From positions 9,958 through 73,957 of IMG/VR virus record IMGVR_UViG_3300021389_000014: a stretch of 64,000 nucleotides of DNA, one strand, 5' to 3'. The stretch comes from a virus. The position numbers and the translations under genes are program-made. Below are positions 18,767 to 25,981 of this stretch, in pieces. Position 1 is the first letter of the stretch. Each line of letters starts with the position of its first letter. The notes under the pieces were generated by a model that was not told the DNA's origin, searched no databases, and saw only the letters and a list, made by a program, of their open reading frames with translations.

Positions 18767-21121
18767 ATGATATATACCGTTGATTTCAGCAATCCCGCAA
18801 AAACTCCTATATTGGTTAACATTGGCGAATTAGACAATTCTACTTCTCTTTCCCTAGTTGGCAAAAACTACACAAGATATGGCGAAGTTTTTGCAGAAAA
18901 TTATGTTCATTTACTTGAGCATTTTGCATATAGCGATCCTCCTTTGAATCCAGTAGAAGGCCAGATTTGGTATAAATCGGATGAGCAGTTGTTAAAAGTT
19001 TACGACGGAACACAATGGAAAGGTCTGACAGAGGGCGGCGATGCAGGTCCAACTGTTAAAAATGTATATTATGTTTCTGAAAGTGGAAGTGATTCTAACA
19101 CTGGAGAATCTCTTGGTCAATCGTTTTTGACTATAGACCGTGCGTTGGAGAGAATACACGAAATTGATACAGAAGCAACGGAATATCGTCATCCTGTTAC
19201 TATTTTTGTAAAAAGCGGAACATACACAATAAACAATCCGGTTGTAGTTCCAGAGAATGTTTCTATTGTTGGTGATAATCTACGTTCAGTGAACATAATG
19301 CCACAAAATGCAGACCAAGATATATTTTGGGTTAAGAATGCAGACTATTTTGCAAATATGACATTTAGAAATCATGTATCGCCAAGTGCTGCTATTGCGT
19401 TTCCTCCTGATGGAAGTGCCGGAAGAATAACCACTAGCCCATATGTGCAAAATTGTTCAAGCATAACGACAACAGGAACGGGTATGCGAGTTGACGGAGA
19501 CCATACAGAAGGTCTAAAATCTATGGTTGTTGATGCATTCACCCAATATAATCAAGGTGGTATTGGTATTCATATGCTTAATCGCGGAAATACTCAATTG
19601 GTTTCTGTATTTACTATTTGCTGTGATAAAGCAATAATGTGTGAAAGTGGTGGATTTTGTTCGTTGACTAACAGCAATTCGAGTTTTGGGAATTACGCAC
19701 TTGCATGTGACGGCGTTAGTTCACCAATATATACCGCTAATGTAGTTTCGCAAGATGCGGTTAATATTTTCACCTTTAACAATTTAACAAGAAAGCCTAC
19801 CATTGGCGATGCCGTTAGTTTTGCCGGAGATGCAAATTATTATACCGTATTCGAAACAAGTGATTTAAGTATAGATAATACCGCAATATTTTCTCCATCT
19901 TATACCACACAGTCTTCCACACTGCAAAACTCACGTCAGACTATATTGGACAATGCAGATATTTTAAAATCACAAACCATTGAATTCATAGTTACTAATT
20001 ATCCAGACTTGGATTTTGATCAATTCTTGTGTTCCAGAGATGTTGGGATTGTACTTAATTCTATAGCGGATGATATGGTGTTTGGTTCTACTTATCTATC
20101 TACTGTTGCAGGAATAAGCTATTACAAAAATTCTGCTACCGACGTAATTGATTTACAATTAACAGAAACAGTTGATGCAATTGATTTCTTAAAAAACAAA
20201 GTATTATCCTTGTTTTCCGGAACGAATACAGTTACTAGTAGAATTGCAGAAAACTTCAACATAATACTAAACATTCTTCAAAATGGTAAATTATCTGCAG
20301 TTGACCCAGCGTATACTGATCCAGAAGTAGTAAATCAAAATGCGGTATATGCAAAAAACATGCTTATAGCAAATAGGCCATTTGTCGTGGCAGAAGCTGC
20401 GGCATATATGAGCGCAAATTATCCAAGTTATATATACGATATTGCAGAATTTAACGAAAATATAGAATACATATACAACGCCATGATATATGATATTCTT
20501 TATTTTTCAAATAAAGAAACAGCAGATGCTGCTGACGAATTCTTTAATGGAGGATTTATGGAGATTCCAGAACCCGACAGAACAAAATATGTAGATATGT
20601 TTATCTACTTGAAAAATATTACAAGAGACATACTTGGTAGTGTAAATATATCTCCAATTAATACTTCGCAGCCGCAAATCACTGCTCTGCCAGTAACAAA
20701 CGAAACGCAAAAACAGCGCGCAGATTCGCTTTATGATATAGTTCTAGAGTTAATTGAGAATGGATACACTGTTACCGCCACGTTTGAAGAAGCTGCAACT
20801 GGAAGTTATGCATTGGGAGATGCGACTAACTTTCATCAATACAGTTTAATAACCGCATCGGGCCATACATTTGAATGGGTAGGTGCCGGAACTGACATCA
20901 ATACCTCACTGCCATATCTTGGAGGCACAGCGATTGTTGAAAATCAAGTATTGCAAGAAAATGGCGGAAAAGTATATTTTACCGGAACTGATGAACGTGG
21001 AGATTTTAAAATCGGAACTGATTTCACCATAAATAGAGCTAAAGGAACAATTGAAGGGCGCGTTTTCCGTAGAAGTTTGTATGGAATACTGACACCTTAT
21101 ATATTGGCATTACAGGAGTAA
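18767..21121 (+). CDS. Tail fibre/spike protein: N-terminal anchor, pectin-lyase-like beta-helix, inserted tandem phycobiliprotein-like helical domains
   Basis: Anchor 'YGE..AEN..HLLE.FA...PP..P..GQ.WY'. Beta-helix start 'YYVS..G.D.N.G......F.TI..A', 'G.Y..N.P..VP..VSIVGD.LR', 'SPY.QNC'. Helical insert with 'LCSRDVG'. Confidence 0.75.
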   Translation: MIYTVDFSNPAKTPILVNIGELDNSTSLSLVGKNYTRYGEVFAENYVHLLEHFAYSDPPLNPVEGQIWYKSDEQLLKVYDGTQWKGLTEGGDAGPTVKNVYYVSESGSDSNTGESLGQSFLTIDRALERIHEIDTEATEYRHPVTIFVKSGTYTINNPVVVPENVSIVGDNLRSVNIMPQNADQDIFWVKNADYFANMTFRNHVSPSAAIAFPPDGSAGRITTSPYVQNCSSITTTGTGMRVDGDHTEGLKSMVVDAFTQYNQGGIGIHMLNRGNTQLVSVFTICCDKAIMCESGGFCSLTNSNSSFGNYALACDGVSSPIYTANVVSQDAVNIFTFNNLTRKPTIGDAVSFAGDANYYTVFETSDLSIDNTAIFSPSYTTQSSTLQNSRQTILDNADILKSQTIEFIVTNYPDLDFDQFLCSRDVGIVLNSIADDMVFGSTYLSTVAGISYYKNSATDVIDLQLTETVDAIDFLKNKVLSLFSGTNTVTSRIAENFNIILNILQNGKLSAVDPAYTDPEVVNQNAVYAKNMLIANRPFVVAEAAAYMSANYPSYIYDIAEFNENIEYIYNAMIYDILYFSNKETADAADEFFNGGFMEIPEPDRTKYVDMFIYLKNITRDILGSVNISPINTSQPQITALPVTNETQKQRADSLYDIVLELIENGYTVTATFEEAATGSYALGDATNFHQYSLITASGHTFEWVGAGTDINTSLPYLGGTAIVENQVLQENGGKVYFTGTDERGDFKIGTDFTINRAKGTIEGRVFRRSLYGILTPYILALQE
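19922..20764 (+). repeat. Two tandem ~125-140 aa helical repeats resembling the phycobiliprotein/globin fold
   Basis: Repeat 1 (19922-20287) and repeat 2 (20339-20764) align: 'L..N...L......I..NYP...D......D.......I..D....S......A......V.....LK......I...L.NG'. Confidence 0.7.
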
Positions 21122-21130
21122 GAAAACAAA

Positions 21131-21472
21131 ATGGCTTCACCATTATTACCGTTAAACAAATTTTTAAATGTTGCTACTAAAGTAACAACCGTTGACCAGA
21201 TAGCTTACACGGTTCCTTCGGGAATTTCTTCTATCGTGCTGTCGGCTATATGCACAAATTATACTGGAAACCCAGCGACACTAAACGTAAGAATTTCAAA
21301 AGCAGGAACAAGTTATTATCTTATTCCAAATATTGAATTGCCAGCAAATGAAGTAATGGATATTATTTCTGGAAGAATGGTTTTGACCGAGGGCGATCAA
21401 ATTATTATAAAATCTAATATTGCAGATTCTGTTGATTTCGTTATGAGTCTGAATGAATCGGCAAATGAGTAA
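21131..21472 (+). CDS. Small beta-rich tail-associated protein
   Basis: 'YT.P......IV.....N..G......V.I......IP.N........L..GD.I' pattern typical of small myovirus tail proteins; position in the tail operon. Confidence 0.6.
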   Translation: MASPLLPLNKFLNVATKVTTVDQIAYTVPSGISSIVLSAICTNYTGNPATLNVRISKAGTSYYLIPNIELPANEVMDIISGRMVLTEGDQIIIKSNIADSVDFVMSLNESANE

Positions 21473-21481
21473 GGAAAATAA

Positions 21482-22834
21482 ATGAGTGGTTATAAATCTA
21501 GATATCCGATAACTGGCCGTTACAAAAATACTGATTTTGATGAATTAACGGCAGTCAGATATGATTATGTTAAGCCTGCGGAAAGTGAACCAAATCTTGG
21601 ACTTCCTGCGGCTGATGGTTATGCCCTTTTGGGAAACACGAATGGAACAAGATATTGGGCATTTGTCAATACAGGAGGTTCAGAAGGACCTCCAGGACCC
21701 CCAGGACCTCCAGGAGCAGTCATTGATCCAGAGACTGGGTTTGTTATTGGCCCACCTGGACCCACGGGATACGCCGGAAGCCGTGGAGCTACTGGACCCG
21801 TTGGTCCGGTAGGCGCTACAGGTACTCCAGGATTGCTTGGTGATACTGGACCGATTGGGCCTGTAGGATATGTGGGTTCAAAAGGTGCGCCAGGAACCCC
21901 AGGAATCGCTCAAGTTGGATATACTGGTTCTGCCGGAGAAAATGCAACTGGATACAGTGGTTCGTCAGGAGCAGACGGGTCAAGCGGTGTTCCTAGTGCT
22001 ATAACAAGTGAAACAGTTGTTCCTAGTACAACTATTTCCGAATATGTTTTTTTTAACATACCTTCTTATTCTTCATCTGTCTTCGTAGATTGGAAATTTA
22101 CAAGTTACTTAAATAGTCCATATTATATATCTTTATTTGTTGACGACTATGAATATACTGGTAATGTTTTGTCATATAGCACGGGGCCGCAAGGCGATGA
22201 TCCCTATCCGGTTTCTGAAGAACAAAGTTTAATGATAAACATGAACGATGGGACAGTTTTTAAAGTATGGTCCACCGACACCGTAGACACAGCATACGCG
22301 TCCCCAGATGAAAAAAGGTCTGGTATTACGAGAATGGGAACTCTTAATTCTAGGGTAACTGAAATTAAAGTTGCGATAAAAACACTGGCATCCGGTGTTA
22401 CTACAGTTGACGGAAGTACGGCAGATATTCCTGATATAAATGTATATTATGATAACCCACAGGCAGAAACTGGAACAATCCCGCCTCCAGAAGGTGGAAC
22501 AGAAATAATACAAAGTATTGTTTCAGATCAGGTATATACCACTATACAGTATCCAGCGTATACGGCACAGGTTTTCTCTAGGTTTACTGCTGGCCAAGTC
22601 TCTGACAGAGAACCAGTAGGTTCGTTGACTGTTAGCGCATATATTAGACAAAATTCGAGTTCTAATTGGCAAATAGTAGGAACAAGAACGAGCGATCTTG
22701 TTAATTTTGGTGCTACCCCGCAGTTCATTAATATTAATTTCACTGTCCCAGACAACTGGGAATACAAATTTGTATATTTTGCAAATACTCTCGACGTAAG
22801 TAATCCGAGTGGAACGGCAACGATTGTGTGGTAA
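21482..22834 (+). CDS. Collagen-like tail fibre protein
   Basis: Gly-X-Y runs at ~21686-21990, including GY.GS motifs. Confidence 0.75.
   Translation: MSGYKSRYPITGRYKNTDFDELTAVRYDYVKPAESEPNLGLPAADGYALLGNTNGTRYWAFVNTGGSEGPPGPPGPPGAVIDPETGFVIGPPGPTGYAGSRGATGPVGPVGATGTPGLLGDTGPIGPVGYVGSKGAPGTPGIAQVGYTGSAGENATGYSGSSGADGSSGVPSAITSETVVPSTTISEYVFFNIPSYSSSVFVDWKFTSYLNSPYYISLFVDDYEYTGNVLSYSTGPQGDDPYPVSEEQSLMINMNDGTVFKVWSTDTVDTAYASPDEKRSGITRMGTLNSRVTEIKVAIKTLASGVTTVDGSTADIPDINVYYDNPQAETGTIPPPEGGTEIIQSIVSDQVYTTIQYPAYTAQVFSRFTAGQVSDREPVGSLTVSAYIRQNSSSNWQIVGTRTSDLVNFGATPQFININFTVPDNWEYKFVYFANTLDVSNPSGTATIVW
21686..21990 (+). repeat. Collagen triple-helix (Gly-X-Y) repeat region
   Basis: GPPGPPGPPG...GPPGPTGYAGSRGATGPVGPVGATGTPG... 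Confidence 0.9.
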
Positions 22835-22893
22835 AATATGTTAACAGTACAGATAATTAAACATAAATACTTTTATATTGATAAGGAAATGGA

Positions 22894-23289
22894 ATGCAAC
22901 ATTATATAACGTATGATAAAACAACTGGAATGATAAAAACGTCAGGATGCGTTGACGATATAAGTCAGGTTAGGTTAAGAAATAACTGCGAGTTGGTAAA
23001 AGTGGGTGGACTTGTAAAATCAAATTTGCATTATGTTGATCTAGTTACAAAAAAAGTAAAAAAAAGGCCACAAAACACTTGGCAATCGGGGATTTCGGTT
23101 TCGGTGAACGAATCCTTTATATTTGAAAATGTTCCTAACGAAACTTCAGTTTATATTGATGATGATTTTCTTGCTACGATTTCTGACGGAACGTTGGAGT
23201 TGGATATACCATTAGCTGGATTATACAAATTAAAAATTGATCCGCCATTTCCGTATTATGAACATATTGTAAAAGTAGAGGTGGTTTAA
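22894..23289 (+). CDS. Putative tail fibre assembly protein
   Basis: 'Y...TG.I...G...HYVD.....V..RP' N-terminus; follows the fibre gene; RBS aagga. Confidence 0.5.
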   Translation: MQHYITYDKTTGMIKTSGCVDDISQVRLRNNCELVKVGGLVKSNLHYVDLVTKKVKKRPQNTWQSGISVSVNESFIFENVPNETSVYIDDDFLATISDGTLELDIPLAGLYKLKIDPPFPYYEHIVKVEVV

Positions 23290-23290
23290 T

Positions 23291-23479
23291 ATGCCAAAAA
23301 TAACAGCAGACATAACGAAATTAAAAGAAAAAAAGAATTCCGAAACTGATGCAAACAGGATGCAGGCGTATCGCGAAGAATCTGATCCGCTATTCTTTAA
23401 AGCCCATCGTGGAGAAATTGAACTTCAGGAATGGTCTGACAAAATCCAAGAAATAAAGCAAAGGTTCCCAAAAGTATGA
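23291..23479 (+). CDS. Small tail fibre chaperone-like protein
   Basis: 'R..AY..ESDPLF......E.....W......IK.R.P' motif of small tail assembly chaperones. Confidence 0.55.
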   Translation: MPKITADITKLKEKKNSETDANRMQAYREESDPLFFKAHRGEIELQEWSDKIQEIKQRFPKV

Positions 23480-23489
23480 GAGACATAAT

Positions 23490-25613
23490 ATGAGTTATTC
23501 AATAAATTATTCCGATTTATCAAAAGTTCCATTAATAATAGAAGATGGAACAATAAACGCAACTACAGACTTGGCATTGCTGGGAAGAAGTGTCGGCGGC
23601 TACGGGCAATATATTGCGCAAAACTTTTTACACTTAGTAGAAAATTTTGCAAGCCCGACACCACCAGAGGCTCCGACTCATGGCCAGATGTGGTATGATT
23701 CCCAGAACGATTTGCTAAAATATTATAATACAAGTAGTCAATGGAAAAATGTAAATTCAAGCAATGTGAATGCGTTTGGTCCTCCAGAAATAACCGGAGA
23801 CACCACCCTAAATTACGCATCTGCCGAAGGCGACATTTGGTATGATACCACAAAGGATTATCTTTATATCTATGCAGAAGGCCAGTGGTTGAATATTCTA
23901 CAATTTGACCAAAATAATCGCTTTTTTATGGGAAATCGCTACGACAATGTGGGAACTCTTCATAAAACTATGGAATTTATAGTTAATGGAAAAGTTGTTT
24001 ACATTCTTTCAACCGACGATCAAGAATGGATACCAAGTTCTTATGGGACTACAGCCGAAAGATTGCCAGATGGTAGACTGATGGTTTCGGATTATCCCCT
24101 TGTTAAGAAGGGTATAAATTTAAATTATGATCGTTCATATAACTTGCATTATTATTATGTTACTATGTTAAACGAATTAACAGTTGACGTTGGGTTGGGA
24201 GATGTATACTTAGAACAAAATCAATTTGACGGAAATGGTCCTGGATTCACATTTAGGCCAAGCAGTGACCCAGATGATCAATCAAGTTTCTTTTCTCTTA
24301 GAAGTTTTGCAAATGATTCCAAACTTTGGGTTGGTTCAGAATCCACCACAGTTGCAAAAAATAATTTTGCTGTAGGATTTACTGGCGATAACGGCGAAGA
24401 ACACGATTTAACAAAATATAACTTTGTTGTTGATACTGATGGAAATATAAATGCTTCTAGCATCCAGCTATCGGGGAATGCAGTTGTTTTGGGAGATGTA
24501 AGTGCTGCGACCGCCTCTGGTGATTGGATTGCAACAGTGGACGATGTAACTGAAGGAACCTCTTTAGAAAAAATAATAACACCTGCTACGTTACGACAAG
24601 GAATAGCTCCAGTTACATATTTTGGAGAAAATACTAAAATCGTAAAAACAGAAAGAAAATCAAAAGCTGGCGGAACATATGAAATTTTGGAACATATAGT
24701 TAATGACGAAATTGTAAAAATTACATATGCATATGATACATATACTTTAATTGAATTCAATGATAGTGAACTAGACTACCAAGGAAGACAGTTGAATACT
24801 ATGTTTAATACTATTATCCCAGGTGATAATTTTCCTTCTAGTGTTTTATCTATTATTAATCCTACTAGTGCGGAAGATTTGACAGCTTCATTGCAAGTTG
24901 GAAGAAAAGCTCTTCCTGCTGATCATGACCCAGAACAACCTAGACTTTATAATCTTAATTATATACTAAGTGACACTATGACCGATGTGTATTACGACCC
25001 AGCTAATCCAGATGAAAATGTGGTATATACTGGTGGTCAGCGTGTTTCAAAATCTCTTTCATTTGGTTCGAGATATTCTACTACGGTAACGGCTGATGTA
25101 TATTCGGCAGGAGACCCAGAACATGTTCAGGAAGAAGGAGTTTGGAAGGACGTTGTTACGATTCCTATAAGAGTTAGATATCGTGAATGGATACCATTAT
25201 ATAATTTTGAAATAAACGTTTTTTCGAATTTCATAAACGCAAACTCATTTTCTGTTCGTGCAGTTCAAGAAGAAATACCAAATGTCGAAGTTGTTAAAGA
25301 ATTTTTTACTAAAACTTGGGATATTGCAAATATTTCAAATTATTCCTCAACTGATTTTATCTATAAATTTGTCTATGCTCCGTCAATATATGCATTTCTT
25401 GATCCGTTGTATGAATCTAATGGAAATTACACAGATGTCTCCATAAAAATTCAAACACAAATCCCTACCGGAACGTTTGGCGCTGGAACCGAAATAAAAG
25501 TTTTTGAAGCGTATGGCACTGCTGAACTTGGGTATATGGCTTATAGTGATTATCAAATCCGGGGCACCGCGAATGATTATGATGTTGAACGTTTAAAAAA
25601 TATAGACGCATAA
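23490..25613 (+). CDS. Tail fibre/baseplate-attached structural protein
   Basis: Shares the N-terminal anchor domain of the 18767 protein (YG...AQN..HL.ENFA...PP..P..GQ.WY; GD.WYD). Confidence 0.7.
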   Translation: MSYSINYSDLSKVPLIIEDGTINATTDLALLGRSVGGYGQYIAQNFLHLVENFASPTPPEAPTHGQMWYDSQNDLLKYYNTSSQWKNVNSSNVNAFGPPEITGDTTLNYASAEGDIWYDTTKDYLYIYAEGQWLNILQFDQNNRFFMGNRYDNVGTLHKTMEFIVNGKVVYILSTDDQEWIPSSYGTTAERLPDGRLMVSDYPLVKKGINLNYDRSYNLHYYYVTMLNELTVDVGLGDVYLEQNQFDGNGPGFTFRPSSDPDDQSSFFSLRSFANDSKLWVGSESTTVAKNNFAVGFTGDNGEEHDLTKYNFVVDTDGNINASSIQLSGNAVVLGDVSAATASGDWIATVDDVTEGTSLEKIITPATLRQGIAPVTYFGENTKIVKTERKSKAGGTYEILEHIVNDEIVKITYAYDTYTLIEFNDSELDYQGRQLNTMFNTIIPGDNFPSSVLSIINPTSAEDLTASLQVGRKALPADHDPEQPRLYNLNYILSDTMTDVYYDPANPDENVVYTGGQRVSKSLSFGSRYSTTVTADVYSAGDPEHVQEEGVWKDVVTIPIRVRYREWIPLYNFEINVFSNFINANSFSVRAVQEEIPNVEVVKEFFTKTWDIANISNYSSTDFIYKFVYAPSIYAFLDPLYESNGNYTDVSIKIQTQIPTGTFGAGTEIKVFEAYGTAELGYMAYSDYQIRGTANDYDVERLKNIDA

Positions 25614-25616
25614 TAC

Positions 25617-25645
25617 TTGACTCCTATGTATTTTTCGTGTATAAT
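25617..25645 (+). promoter_or_regulatory. Sigma70-type early promoter
   Basis: TTGACT-N17-TATAAT. Confidence 0.8.
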
Positions 25646-25675
25646 ATATCTTACGAATCATACATAGGAGAAGAT

Positions 25676-25927
25676 ATGACAAGAGTTTTTAACGATTCTG
25701 AAAAAACAAAAATTAAACAAGTTATCAAAGAAGGCGTAAGCATAACCGGAGAGATAGAAGCTCTGCGAGGTGGCCTAAGCGATACGGTAAAAGCGGTTGC
25801 CGAAGAACTTGATATTAAACCTGCGCTGTTTCGTAAAGCAATTAAAATTGCACACAAAGCAGATGGACAAAAACAGCGCGAAGAGTTTGATGAACTGGAT
25901 TCTATCTTACAAACGGTTTCGCAATAA
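25676..25927 (+). CDS. Double-stranded DNA-binding protein (T4 DsbA / GapR-like)
   Basis: Short coiled-coil with '..I....K....E.......K..K.A.K'; AGGAG RBS before ATG 25676. Confidence 0.65.
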   Translation: MTRVFNDSEKTKIKQVIKEGVSITGEIEALRGGLSDTVKAVAEELDIKPALFRKAIKIAHKADGQKQREEFDELDSILQTVSQ

Positions 25928-25936
25928 TATACTGTC

Positions 25937-25969
25937 AACAGACTGCATTAGCGGTCTGTTTTATTTTTT
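25937..25969 (+). terminator. Hairpin plus U-tract (terminator, or translational operator of the polymerase gene)
   Basis: AACAGACTGC-ATTA-GCGGTCTGTT then TTATTTTTT, directly before the AGGAG of polB. Confidence 0.65.
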
Positions 25970-25981
25970 AAGGAGAATATA

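Noticed and set aside
21686-21990. GC-rich repetitive DNA as a foreign insert or DNA-level repeat
   Set aside because: Explained by Gly-Pro collagen codons.
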